Positions 9,682 to 19,311 of a stretch of DNA of 64,000 nt are shown one piece after another (within the stretch, counting starts at the first letter, position 1; every line of letters begins with the position of its first letter). The notes under the pieces were generated by a model, which saw only the letters and a list, made by a program, of their open reading frames with translations, was not told where the DNA came from and searched no databases. The position numbers were made by a program, and so were the translations under genes. Source of the stretch: a virus. Taxonomy: Duplodnaviria; Caudoviricetes. Location: positions 32,001 to 96,000 of IMG/VR virus record IMGVR_UViG_3300010163_000002; one strand, given 5' to 3'.

Positions 9682-10174
9682 CTTTTGCCTCCTTGATGGG
9701 ACTTTTATTAGTATCTCTACGCATTGTAAATTCGCCATTCTGCTTAAATATGAAATAGTAATCAGCATCATTTATAGGTTCTTTTGCTTTATCTTCCACT
9801 TCAATTATAAATGCAGTTAGTTTTCTACGATACAATGGTGGCATTCTAGCATCAGAAGTGAATGCTTTTATTTCAGCCCACGTCATACTATTAGACCCAT
9901 CTTTAATAAATCTTTTATTTTCAAATGGTTTTAATTCATGGTAAACACCATGTATATCTATTTCATGAATTATTCCAGAACAGCGACCAGATAAATACTC
10001 TATATTTACAAGCCCATCGCTAATTCCTATTACCTTATATGCAGCATCAATTCTAAAATCAAAATATGTTTTACCAACTATATATTTTTTAGTGTTATAA
10101 TCCAATCTATATGGTACAAGTTTATTATACATTATTACATCACTGATTGATTTGCAATAATACATTATTTTCAC
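9668..10174 (-). CDS. Hypothetical protein
   Basis: 168-aa ORF overlapping its neighbours in an operon. Confidence 0.6.
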   Translation of the reverse strand: MKIMYYCKSISDVIMYNKLVPYRLDYNTKKYIVGKTYFDFRIDAAYKVIGISDGLVNIEYLSGRCSGIIHEIDIHGVYHELKPFENKRFIKDGSNSMTWAEIKAFTSDARMPPLYRRKLTAFIIEVEDKAKEPINDADYYFIFKQNGEFTMRRDTNKSPIKEAKDDQG

Positions 10175-10434
10175 TCCTCTATCATATTTCTGTATAAATC
10201 ATCTAAAATATTTAAGGCCTTTTGTAAATCGTTGACATTCATGCTTGATAATTCAGGGTCACGATTAGTAATTATATTGTATATATTATCTCTCCACTCA
10301 GTTGCTAAGTTGCTATTAAGATAATGATATTTTCTAATTCCTAATAATCTGCATCTATTTTTAGCATCCGTATAAGCTAATATAAAAATATAAGCATCAG
10401 CTTCTGATTTAAAATAGTTAAAAAATGTATCCAT
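10171..10434 (-). CDS. Small helical protein, possibly degenerate J-domain-like
   Basis: YF.SE...YIF.L...LLGI...HY.....A..W pattern recalled from small DnaJ-like phage proteins; HPD motif absent. Confidence 0.35.
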   Translation of the reverse strand: MDTFFNYFKSEADAYIFILAYTDAKNRCRLLGIRKYHYLNSNLATEWRDNIYNIITNRDPELSSMNVNDLQKALNILDDLYRNMIEE

Positions 10435-10447
10435 AATTCCATTCTCC

Positions 10448-10654
10448 TTATTTTATTCCTAAAATTTCTTTTGCCGACATGTGTTCAAGTTCATATAACT
10501 TTTTGCAAGATATATAATTAGCTACAAATTCCAACAAGCAATCTGCTGGAATAACAAATTTTTTCTTTTGATCCTTGCTTCTGATAGTAACATCTCCCGA
10601 CATATCAGAATGATAATTGAATAGGGTTCCTTTGTTCGAAATATAAGTACGCAT
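10448..10654 (-). CDS. Small hypothetical early protein
   Basis: AGGAGG RBS before MRTYISN; TATATTAT element at 10689-10696. Confidence 0.6.
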   Translation of the reverse strand: MRTYISNKGTLFNYHSDMSGDVTIRSKDQKKKFVIPADCLLEFVANYISCKKLYELEHMSAKEILGIK

Positions 10655-10743
10655 ATAAATATCCTCCTTAAATTTTTTATTCATCATTATAATATACAAA
10701 TATAAATGTATTTTATATCATGGACAAATAAATAAAAACGGAG

Positions 10744-11553
10744 GTGAATAATATGGCAGGAACGTTGACACCAACATCGCCCCATTCTATTATACGCCCA
10801 GGAAATAGAATGACTGAGTTGGTTAATAAAATAGAACGTCGTCTTGGATTATCTGTATTACCATTGCCGGATGCTATAGCAAAAGACACATGGCATACTG
10901 TAATCGAGGAAGACACTATTCCTACATTTAGTAGATATTTTCCATACAAAATAACTATCATAGTGGATAATACATGCGAAAAAGATGGATTCTTTTTCAT
11001 AGATAAAGATCTACCAGAAGGAACTAAAATTCTTGGTGTAAAAGATGTAGACTGGCAGGCTTACAGATGTGATCCAAGGTTTGACAGATATGGAATAAAC
11101 TTTTCTACATATGACTTCATTAGTAGAGAATATGGCATTGATGATGTTGCGTTTACTCAAATGAGCGCAGATTTCATGAGCTTATTTAATCTTGGTATTT
11201 ATATTGAATTTGAATACCCTAATAAAGTAAAACTTGTATCTGTAAATGGCTCCCCAGTTTCAAGATATAGACCATTTCCATTACAGATATTTATAGAACA
11301 TCCACCAAATTTAATGACTATTAGTCCGACAATGATGGAAACATTTGAAAAGCTTGCAATGTGCGACATTGCAACTATGATTTATCAGCAACTTAAATAC
11401 TACGATGGAACAGAAACAGTATTTGCTAATCTTGATCTTAAGCTTGATGATTTAAGATCGTGGCAAGATAAGCGTGAAGATTTAGTAAGGGAGCTTGACG
11501 AAGCTCATACTTCAACTGCAAATGAATACGCTAATCTTATTATGACAGTATAA
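10744..11553 (+). CDS. Late protein, possibly neck/head-completion
   Basis: Late promoter GACAAATAAATAA at 10723-10735; IERRLG N-terminus and size reminiscent of myophage neck proteins. Confidence 0.4.
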   Translation: MNNMAGTLTPTSPHSIIRPGNRMTELVNKIERRLGLSVLPLPDAIAKDTWHTVIEEDTIPTFSRYFPYKITIIVDNTCEKDGFFFIDKDLPEGTKILGVKDVDWQAYRCDPRFDRYGINFSTYDFISREYGIDDVAFTQMSADFMSLFNLGIYIEFEYPNKVKLVSVNGSPVSRYRPFPLQIFIEHPPNLMTISPTMMETFEKLAMCDIATMIYQQLKYYDGTETVFANLDLKLDDLRSWQDKREDLVRELDEAHTSTANEYANLIMTV

Positions 11554-11558
11554 AAAAT

Positions 11559-11588
11559 ATTACAGAGGGAGCAATCCCTCTGTAATAT
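11559..11588. terminator. Bidirectional intrinsic terminator
   Basis: attacagaggga-gcaa-tccctctgtaat. Confidence 0.8.
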
Positions 11589-12323
11589 TTATTCATCTCT
11601 ATTCACAGCATTAGCTATATCAAAGAATGATCTTTTATTTCTATTGTATGTATAATTACTTGTATTTTCCATTGTGTTCATATCGAATAAATTTGTACCA
11701 TAACTTGGTCTACCAATATAGTTTAACATATTTTGAGCTAACTGATACATATTGCATGTGCTTAACATTTGATACAAAGAGAATATAATATTAGAAGGCA
11801 TGAAAAACATAGATGAATCATTATTCATGTATACATTAATACCAACAATATCATATCCGGTGCTATAATCAACTGCTGGTTCAAACTCTATATACTGATC
11901 AAATTGTAATTGTACTTTAATTGGATCTGGTCTATTTACCACAACAATTCTTCCATCTTGTCTTTTTGCAAATATCTTGTTCACACCATCTTCTCCAGCC
12001 ATCCATTTCATTACTCTCTTTAGATTAAATATTATAAAATATATATCTGCATGAAATAATTTTACATATGTTTTAAGATCATTGCGAGATACATCTATAG
12101 AAAAGTAATATGAAAAATTTCTTGCTATTTTTACCCGGCTATACTTATCTTTATCAGTATACAAATACTCTTTATGGTAATTTTCTTTTGCAGTACTATT
12201 TTTATTAATTTTTCTTACATAAAAAAGATCTACATTGAATTTTAATGATACTCCATTTCCAAGCCACATGACTATATCTGATATTCTATCATAATCATTA
12301 TGAACTAAACACATCTCTTTCAT
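11589..12323 (-). CDS. Hypothetical protein beginning with the shared motif (MKEMCLVH)
   Basis: GAGG RBS precedes ATG at 12323; promoter-like TACTTTATAGTAA at 12351-12363. Confidence 0.65.
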   Translation of the reverse strand: MKEMCLVHNDYDRISDIVMWLGNGVSLKFNVDLFYVRKINKNSTAKENYHKEYLYTDKDKYSRVKIARNFSYYFSIDVSRNDLKTYVKLFHADIYFIIFNLKRVMKWMAGEDGVNKIFAKRQDGRIVVVNRPDPIKVQLQFDQYIEFEPAVDYSTGYDIVGINVYMNNDSSMFFMPSNIIFSLYQMLSTCNMYQLAQNMLNYIGRPSYGTNLFDMNTMENTSNYTYNRNKRSFFDIANAVNRDE

Positions 12324-12443
12324 TGTATTTATCCTCGCCAATATTTTTAATTACTATAAAGTAAATAAAAAAATTATAATGTATTTTAAAGCCATGAGGA
12401 GTCCTACCGGGCTCCTCATAAACTTTTAGTGTGGGCGCACTAA

Positions 12444-13673
12444 TTATTTCCCTGTAAGTTTTGCCTTAAAAATGTGTAACGGATATGATACACATCCACA
12501 ATTAGGATCAACTACAGGAATATTGCCATATAATACCATTATAACGAACTTTTTATCATTACATGGCATTGTAAACGCCAGGTTATATTTTGCTAACAGC
12601 TCAGGCACATCAATGTATTCATTAATATTAACCTGAGTCAGGAACGGATTATTAGCTCGCTGTTTGCAATCCAACTCCTTCATTTTCTTCTTCAAGAGCG
12701 GATTATTCAACAGATCAAACAGCGGATATGTCGGAAGACCCTGAATAAGCTTGAAGTGCTTGTCAACTTCCTCTATCATCTGCTGATCTGTCAAACCACA
12801 CGTTTCATGCGGCAGTTTATGGACATGCTGCTGTACAGGTTGACTGCTATTATTGATAACCTGCTGAACAGTAGACATTCCGGGAACCACCTGCGCATTC
12901 GGCGTATTCTGCCTTATGAAATTACCAATATTAAATCCATTGGCAATGCTGTAGGCAGCCTGCTGCTGAGGAACTTCAGTCTTTTTAGACTTACTATCAT
13001 TTACAGAGGCAGGTGGTTTAGGAAGTTGTTTTGTACTGGTCTTTGCAGATGTTTTATTATCTGCTTTATCAGCATCTTTCGCCTCATCATTAATACCCTT
13101 AACGCACCCAGCCGTTGTACAAAGTAGATCCGTGAGAGCATTAACCTCATCGATCTCGTCCTGGGTCATTTTACAAGGGTCAAGGCTTTCAATTTCCGAC
13201 GCAAGCTTTTTAGCCTCTGATGCAATTGAGTTCAAATAGTTTTCACTATTTAAAATCAATTTTTTGAGATCAATTTTAACCAAGTCTTCAACCTTGGCTT
13301 TGATCTCATCGATTTTTGTAGATATCTTTTGATCAGCCTCAGATTCTACTGCAGCAGATTTCAATTTCGCATCAAGCTTATCGTCAAAGAATCTTCTAAT
13401 AAGTTTATCTGCGTCCATGCCAAATTTATCGTTCTGCTCTCTGTTGATAAGCATGGAGCCGAGAAGTTTGTGGTTCTCAAACTCCTTGCCAACCAAATCA
13501 ACAAGATGCTCATATGCATCTGTTAACTTAGCAATGCTGTCAGCGGCATTAATCTGATCAATTACTCTCTGCCGCTTTTCGTCTACGGGATATAATATAG
13601 AATCAATTGAATCCCAGATAAAGATCCAATCCTCTCCTCTGTTCTTTAATTCTGTTAATGTTTTAGCCTTCAT
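12444..13673 (-). CDS. Hypothetical protein (helical N-half, Q/P/S-rich linker, C-terminal globular domain)
   Basis: GGAGG RBS before MKAKTL (13673); terminator hairpin at about 12393-12420. Confidence 0.65.
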   Translation of the reverse strand: MKAKTLTELKNRGEDWIFIWDSIDSILYPVDEKRQRVIDQINAADSIAKLTDAYEHLVDLVGKEFENHKLLGSMLINREQNDKFGMDADKLIRRFFDDKLDAKLKSAAVESEADQKISTKIDEIKAKVEDLVKIDLKKLILNSENYLNSIASEAKKLASEIESLDPCKMTQDEIDEVNALTDLLCTTAGCVKGINDEAKDADKADNKTSAKTSTKQLPKPPASVNDSKSKKTEVPQQQAAYSIANGFNIGNFIRQNTPNAQVVPGMSTVQQVINNSSQPVQQHVHKLPHETCGLTDQQMIEEVDKHFKLIQGLPTYPLFDLLNNPLLKKKMKELDCKQRANNPFLTQVNINEYIDVPELLAKYNLAFTMPCNDKKFVIMVLYGNIPVVDPNCGCVSYPLHIFKAKLTGK

Positions 13674-13817
13674 AGCAAGGCCTCCTTTCTTTATTATAAT
13701 AAATATGTGCGCCCACCGAGAATATTTTCTTATCCTCAATCATAAATATATTATGCAACCAAAAAACTAATTGTTTACAGTATTATTACGGATAGGGAAT
13801 TAACCCTATCCGCATAT

Positions 13818-15335
13818 TCAATCATTATATACTACACTGCACATTACCTTATGAGTATTATATTTTTCCACAACCATATTATATCTTCTATCTATTTCAT
13901 CATCACTCATCCACACATCCTTACAAGATTTAGCATATACAGATAATATAGGTTTCTTTGTCTCATAATATCTCTTTGTAAAGAAAAATCCATGATCAAC
14001 TAAATCTATATACAGCCCTTCCTCTCTTGGTCTACCAAGGGTTTGTCTTGTTAGCACTTCAGATCTAAATGGTTCTGCTAGATTAACAACTACTTTAAGA
14101 TGTTTTATATCAGATGCAGTTCCAGAAGATTTAGTAGTACTAAGAATAATCTTATTATGAAGATTTAAATTTCTAAGCTCTTTCTTTATAGCGCTAGTGT
14201 AAATTCCCATATTGTTTTCAAGAAACGGTAATTGAGATATTAGATAATCATAAACATCAGCAATGCCTGAGTTAGTGCCAATGTAAATGATACATTTACC
14301 ATTCATATTGACTATCATATCTAATATTACCACTGCAAGCTTAAGAAAGTTTGGCCTAGCAACCAAATAATTAGTATATTTATTACGATTGAAACCATAC
14401 TGATTCTTGCAAGCTCTTATATCCATTGGAGATGGATGGGAATTAAAATGTATTGCCCAATAAGTAACATGAGGATCGGTATTCTCATCAAATAATGATA
14501 TTGATGGAATATTCTTAAAATACATTTGATATATTTGGTTTTCGTCTTTAGAAGATCTTGCCGGTGTTGCTGTTAAATATAAAGTCTTTTTTGTATTAGA
14601 GTGATAATCTATTTTACTCATATTATCAAAATACAAATGAGCTTCATCAAACACTTTCATATATATCTGCATATATTTGAATAGCTCATCTACTTTATAC
14701 CAACCGTACTTATCGCCATATGATCTTATTGTAGCATGAGATGCTAAAAATATTTGATATTGCAGTGGGTCTCTATTCAATAATTTATGAATACTAGAAG
14801 ATCCAGAAATCATATACAATTTATTTTCATGCAATGGAGTATACTCTAATATGCGAGCTTTCCATTGATTTAACCACTCAATAGAATTAGTAATTATTAC
14901 GGCTCTAGCCCCGGTAAAACATATTGATGCTACCGTGACAAAAGTTTTACCACTGCCAGTGGCAGAATTGCATGATAATTGAGATTTGGATTTGGTATAA
15001 TAATAATTATCTTTACCAAGAATGAATTTAAGTATCTCTGATTGTCTATCATCCTTTGTTAAATATTTAATACCTATAGGATCAGTATTTACGTATGGAT
15101 CTGATACTTTATCTACATACGGTTCGCACATAAATGTATTTTTTAAATAATTTATATCAAATCCTCTTGGTATAATAAGTTTTTTATTTTCTTCATCATA
15201 TTCTATTGCCTTAAAGAATGATTGATGATACGTTGGGTTCCATACAGAGAATAAATATTCTAATCTTGGAGCGTCCCCCATTTCATAATTATTTATTTCT
15301 ATTCTAGAATGTTTTAATACTATCTTCTTATCCAT
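13818..15335 (-). CDS. Superfamily 2 DExH helicase (UvsW-like)
   Basis: Walker A ATGSGKT, Walker B VFDEAH, motif III TATP, motif VI QTLGRPR. Confidence 0.9.
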   Translation of the reverse strand: MDKKIVLKHSRIEINNYEMGDAPRLEYLFSVWNPTYHQSFFKAIEYDEENKKLIIPRGFDINYLKNTFMCEPYVDKVSDPYVNTDPIGIKYLTKDDRQSEILKFILGKDNYYYTKSKSQLSCNSATGSGKTFVTVASICFTGARAVIITNSIEWLNQWKARILEYTPLHENKLYMISGSSSIHKLLNRDPLQYQIFLASHATIRSYGDKYGWYKVDELFKYMQIYMKVFDEAHLYFDNMSKIDYHSNTKKTLYLTATPARSSKDENQIYQMYFKNIPSISLFDENTDPHVTYWAIHFNSHPSPMDIRACKNQYGFNRNKYTNYLVARPNFLKLAVVILDMIVNMNGKCIIYIGTNSGIADVYDYLISQLPFLENNMGIYTSAIKKELRNLNLHNKIILSTTKSSGTASDIKHLKVVVNLAEPFRSEVLTRQTLGRPREEGLYIDLVDHGFFFTKRYYETKKPILSVYAKSCKDVWMSDDEIDRRYNMVVEKYNTHKVMCSVVYND

Positions 15336-15369
15336 AATTGCACCTCAAAAAATAATCTAGTATTATTTT

Positions 15370-15475
15370 AACATTGTTATAATGTGGTACTAAAAGTGCT
15401 GGTGCTACATTCCTCCAAGTTTTTCTATATACGCTGATGGCCCGTAGGGAGAAATCCCTACGGGCTAGCTTTTAT
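15370..15475 (+). ncRNA. Candidate small late RNA (about 95 nt)
   Basis: Late-type promoter AACATTGTTATAA (15370-15382) with no downstream ORF; ends in GC hairpin gcccgtaggga-gaaa-tccctacgggc plus T tract; contains CCUCC. Confidence 0.3.
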
Positions 15476-15853
15476 TTATAGCACTACTGTATTTGCCGGC
15501 ATAAATGACAATCTTACTGTGGATTGTCTATAATGCTTTTTAAATATACCAGCATGATATTTTATTACATTCTGCCATTCATCTATACTAAGATTAGCGT
15601 CATAACATTTAGCGTATGATGCCTGAAGAACAAATACTACTTCGCCATTTTTAGGGCAGCCCCATTGTTCCTTATAAGTTGTTCTTCCAGGAGTAATAAG
15701 CCATGTCACATAAGTATTTGTACTGGCATCTATTTCGTCTTCTATGATTTTAATCTCTTTGCAGAAATCTTCTATTGTGGTAATAACGTTTTTATGAAAA
15801 TAATCGCTGTTAATACCCAACGTAATCTGAGCTATACATTCATTATAATTCAT
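15476..15853 (-). CDS. Hypothetical protein
   Basis: 125-aa ORF starting 1 nt after the RNAP gene stop. Confidence 0.65.
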   Translation of the reverse strand: MNYNECIAQITLGINSDYFHKNVITTIEDFCKEIKIIEDEIDASTNTYVTWLITPGRTTYKEQWGCPKNGEVVFVLQASYAKCYDANLSIDEWQNVIKYHAGIFKKHYRQSTVRLSFMPANTVVL

Positions 15854-15854
15854 A

Positions 15855-18053
15855 CTATTCGCTCTCCTTTTTATCTACAATTTTAACCATCTCTATACCC
15901 TTTTCAGGATCTAAGATATCCACCTTGTCTGTAAATAATCCATCAGACATATAATTCTGCGGCTGTTCGCAGAAGAATAAATCAAAGAATGATGGCGCAT
16001 GTTTAGTAAATGATAACGGATTATAAAGAACTTTATGAAGATCTCTATAAAGCATAGATACAATAACACTAGGGTTGTTTACCAATGCATGATCCAATGT
16101 AAGCATCTTGCATTCAGCAAATGGATCATTCCAATTAGGTCTCTTAAGAACATCTGTCGTTGAAACCATCTGATTTGATAAGATTACTTCCAAATGAACT
16201 GCATCTACATCAAGACCCCCATCAATAACCAAATCAACAAAAGTCTGCATAATCTCATCTTTATTCATATTCTCTGTAACTGAAGCTTTATTGATTACGC
16301 TAATGATATCATTCATTGTTTTACTAATTTCATCATTGAAAATTCTTACATAGAACAGAATATCATCTGTAAGGCTGCTAAGTGGTATTGATACCTTTCC
16401 ATCTACAGCATGAGCTTTCTTACGAATAGCATTGTTAAGTGCTGTAGAAATATATAACGAATCTTGATCTTGCGTACCACATTCTATCATTTCTCCAGTT
16501 GGCGTTTGAATATAAAACGATGTTACATACTCATTATATAACCCGAAGCCATCATCTTCCATAGATATCTCATTACCATCGTCGTCGTATGATATTACAT
16601 CTTCCTCGTCATTTACAAGAAATATTTCTTCTGGATCAATGATTAAGAAAAATTTCTTAAGATCAAACTCATCCAAATCAGTAAGTTTAATACTTGTACC
16701 ATCTATATCAAAATAGTCCTGAAATTTTGGGAACCATTTCAGCGCAACAACTCTCGTTTCAAGAAGATGCTTGGCTGATAATAGAATCTGCGTAAGTTTT
16801 GATGATAACAATTCTGCAGCCATCTTGCCAGGGTTTATATTAATATTTGTATAATACAAATCTCCATAACAGCACTTGCATATTCCTTTACCAGATGTTT
16901 TGCACGAGCAAGTCATTGGAGAATGTAAATATATTGTTTCTCCTATAAGGGATTTATCTTCTGTATCAATTAAATACTTAATACCCCTAGGATTTTTACG
17001 ATAATATCTATTCTTAATCATACTAAGATGCTTATCTGATTTTATCTTAAATTTAATGAAATGCTGGGACATACATTCATAATTAGCATCCGGATTAAGA
17101 ATTGTATCTATATTGTTAAGGCCTAAACATCTAGCAAAGTCTCCAGAATCTCCAACATTATTTTTAGATAGAATTTGTGCTTTACGAGCCACACTAGATT
17201 CTATATAAAAATATCTCATATTATTTACTCCGCCATTGGTAAAACTATTAGCAATTACCTCTGGGAAGATCGTACCATCCCCGCTAGGTTTAGTACCTAT
17301 ATTGATCCTTGCTTCTTTAAACTGTCTTGGATTAATAGCTTCTTCTGCCTTGAAACTATTTGTTAATCCATGATCAAATCCCAAATATTTACGACTATCT
17401 TTAATAATATCTATAGCCTTATATGTTGCTTGCATACCATATTCCTTCACGCTCTCAAATGGGACATCCTGGAGAGTTGTATGCATAAGATCTCTGTATA
17501 ATGGAACCTTTTCCATTAACATAATATCGTCTTCATTATTAATGGTATTAGCAAGATAGTAAGAGAACTGTTCTATTTTGCTAAAGTTCCATAGGCTATC
17601 ACATATAATATTATTAAGGTAGATATTTCCAAACTTAATTTTATTTTCTCTAGTTAATATGAACTTATCTACAAATACTTTCATATTTTTTCTTTTTAGT
17701 TCGCTACCAAAGAAAATGTGTTTAGGCCTAATTTCCTGATCTGTTAGAAGAACCATCTTCCACATAAAAAGGCTAAACCAATAATCTACAACAAATAGTT
17801 TACAAGATAAACCATTGCCCCAATCAAGATTAATCATGAGATTATGCACATAATCTTCATCAATACCATCTTTAAGAATAGCATCGATACCATTAATGTG
17901 ATCTGAAACATTAGCCTTTGTAATATCCCTAGGAACATAGATCGTCATACACATATCTCTGTTCTTTATCATATCTGCATAGATATAATAGTTCTTATAA
18001 TTTACTAGGTAACTTTGATTAAAATCCTCATTAACCATATAGCCTATTTCCAT
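15855..18053 (-). CDS. Phage multisubunit RNA polymerase beta' C-terminal subunit (probably non-virion RNAP)
   Basis: Bridge-helix-like VGDSGDFAR, Zn site SPMTC...ICKCCYG, trigger-loop-like TQILLSAKH, VHLEVILSNQM; early-type TATATTAT at 18091-18098; NADFDGD not in this subunit. Confidence 0.85.
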   Translation of the reverse strand: MEIGYMVNEDFNQSYLVNYKNYYIYADMIKNRDMCMTIYVPRDITKANVSDHINGIDAILKDGIDEDYVHNLMINLDWGNGLSCKLFVVDYWFSLFMWKMVLLTDQEIRPKHIFFGSELKRKNMKVFVDKFILTRENKIKFGNIYLNNIICDSLWNFSKIEQFSYYLANTINNEDDIMLMEKVPLYRDLMHTTLQDVPFESVKEYGMQATYKAIDIIKDSRKYLGFDHGLTNSFKAEEAINPRQFKEARINIGTKPSGDGTIFPEVIANSFTNGGVNNMRYFYIESSVARKAQILSKNNVGDSGDFARCLGLNNIDTILNPDANYECMSQHFIKFKIKSDKHLSMIKNRYYRKNPRGIKYLIDTEDKSLIGETIYLHSPMTCSCKTSGKGICKCCYGDLYYTNININPGKMAAELLSSKLTQILLSAKHLLETRVVALKWFPKFQDYFDIDGTSIKLTDLDEFDLKKFFLIIDPEEIFLVNDEEDVISYDDDGNEISMEDDGFGLYNEYVTSFYIQTPTGEMIECGTQDQDSLYISTALNNAIRKKAHAVDGKVSIPLSSLTDDILFYVRIFNDEISKTMNDIISVINKASVTENMNKDEIMQTFVDLVIDGGLDVDAVHLEVILSNQMVSTTDVLKRPNWNDPFAECKMLTLDHALVNNPSVIVSMLYRDLHKVLYNPLSFTKHAPSFFDLFFCEQPQNYMSDGLFTDKVDILDPEKGIEMVKIVDKKESE

Positions 18054-18208
18054 TATAAATATCCTCCTTGCTTTTTCTTCTTACTCCTTTATAATATACC
18101 TTCAAAAAGAAATTTGCGGTATTATATTAAAGTACGGGAAGATATAAAATCGTAAAATGGAAAATAAAAACCGCATGGGTATTATCCCATGCAGCCTTTA
18201 TATCGTTC

Positions 18209-18700
18209 TTACATAAATCTGATCGGCGGAAGCTTCTTAGCATTCTTAATATGCTCTTTCTGGGATCTCTTTGCAATTGTCTTTGCCTTGGTCCCGTATT
18301 TGGTAAAGATAGCAAGTCTAAGCTTTCTCTCTTTAACACGATTAAGCGCAAGCTGTTTAAACAGCGGGTCCTTAGCATTTCTGCAAAGAATAAGTGCAGC
18401 AAGATGCTCTCTACGAGTAAGATCATCATTCTTTCCAATTCGAACAAATGTTTTCTTACTCATCTTCTGAGCTTCAACCATAGCCTGAACCTCTGCAGAC
18501 TCGGTAAATGATTTCTGAACTTCTTCTCCATTATCGAAATACGTCATGCTCTCCAAAGCAGAAGTCATCATATTGTTCTCTACTTCTTTAGCAATGGCAT
18601 CCATACCATCTTCTGTATCCGGATCGGCATTACCAGCAATAAGATCAATATCATTAGTTTCTGCCTCAGTACCTTCCTTTAAATACTGGTTAAATAACAT
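18209..18700 (-). CDS. Late protein, probable internal head protein (acidic N-half, basic C-half)
   Basis: Late promoter at 18755-18767; LKEG/ALES/FTES candidate protease sites before a K/R-rich domain. Confidence 0.5.
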   Translation of the reverse strand: MLFNQYLKEGTEAETNDIDLIAGNADPDTEDGMDAIAKEVENNMMTSALESMTYFDNGEEVQKSFTESAEVQAMVEAQKMSKKTFVRIGKNDDLTRREHLAALILCRNAKDPLFKQLALNRVKERKLRLAIFTKYGTKAKTIAKRSQKEHIKNAKKLPPIRFM

Positions 18701-18804
18701 ATTTATTTACCTCCTTAGAATTTTATTTTCATGTAGTCTTATTATACAGGGATTTTACTGTTATGTTTTTATAAATATGGCTGGTTAAACTTTAAAATAA
18801 ATCA

Positions 18805-18812
18805 TATATTAT
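18805..18812 (+). promoter_or_regulatory. Early-type promoter TATA(T/C)TAT (representative; about 10 copies)
   Basis: Also at 10689-10696(-), 18091-18098(-), 21490-21497(+), 25226-25233(-), 26668-26675(-), 53053-53060(-), 57629-57636(-), 60188-60195(-, variant), 62415-62422(-); similar to phiKZ-type early TATATTA elements. Confidence 0.6.
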
Positions 18813-18871
18813 AAATATGGATAAATTTTAGAAGGTATAAAAATATTTAATTTCAAGGAGGATAATAAATA

Positions 18872-19249
18872 ATGGAACTAACCAGAGAGCAAGCAATAGA
18901 AGAACACAGAAAAATGTGGAATTGGATTGCTGATAATATTGAAAAAATAAAACCAAATGGTAATAAAGACATTAAGGAATACTATCTGTACAAAATAAGA
19001 AAATTAGACGAATCAATAGATAATTACTGCTTTTGCTGCGAATATTCCAGTATTTATGAAACCAGCATGATAAAACTTGTTTGTGATCATTGTCCAATAG
19101 AATGGGATGGAGAATGCAGAAATTGCCTTTCATCGCTTTTGTATAACAATTTTACTATGGCTATATGTAATAACAAGTATGATATTGCATCTACTATGGC
19201 AAAACAAATTGCCAATTTGCCAGAAAAGAAAAAGCCAAAAAATATTTAG
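18872..19249 (+). CDS. Cys-rich repeat-family protein, copy 1
   Basis: MELTREQAIEEHRKMWNWIA...CFCCEY...CxxCP...IANLP; early promoter at 18805-18812. Confidence 0.75.
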   Translation: MELTREQAIEEHRKMWNWIADNIEKIKPNGNKDIKEYYLYKIRKLDESIDNYCFCCEYSSIYETSMIKLVCDHCPIEWDGECRNCLSSLLYNNFTMAICNNKYDIASTMAKQIANLPEKKKPKNI

Positions 19250-19311
19250 GTAAACCAGATATTATATTTTCCGAATTTTTAAAATAAAAATTAAAGAAAG
19301 GATATAATCAT

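Noticed and set aside
11350-11380. KLAMCDIA in the late neck-like protein as a tag copy
   Set aside because: Lies in an apparently helical core region and fits the spacing poorly; noted as a possible counter-example for the enrichment test
12444-13673. Unknown protein as chimallin
   Set aside because: About 410 aa, helical and low-complexity, with no similarity I can recognise; needs a structure search
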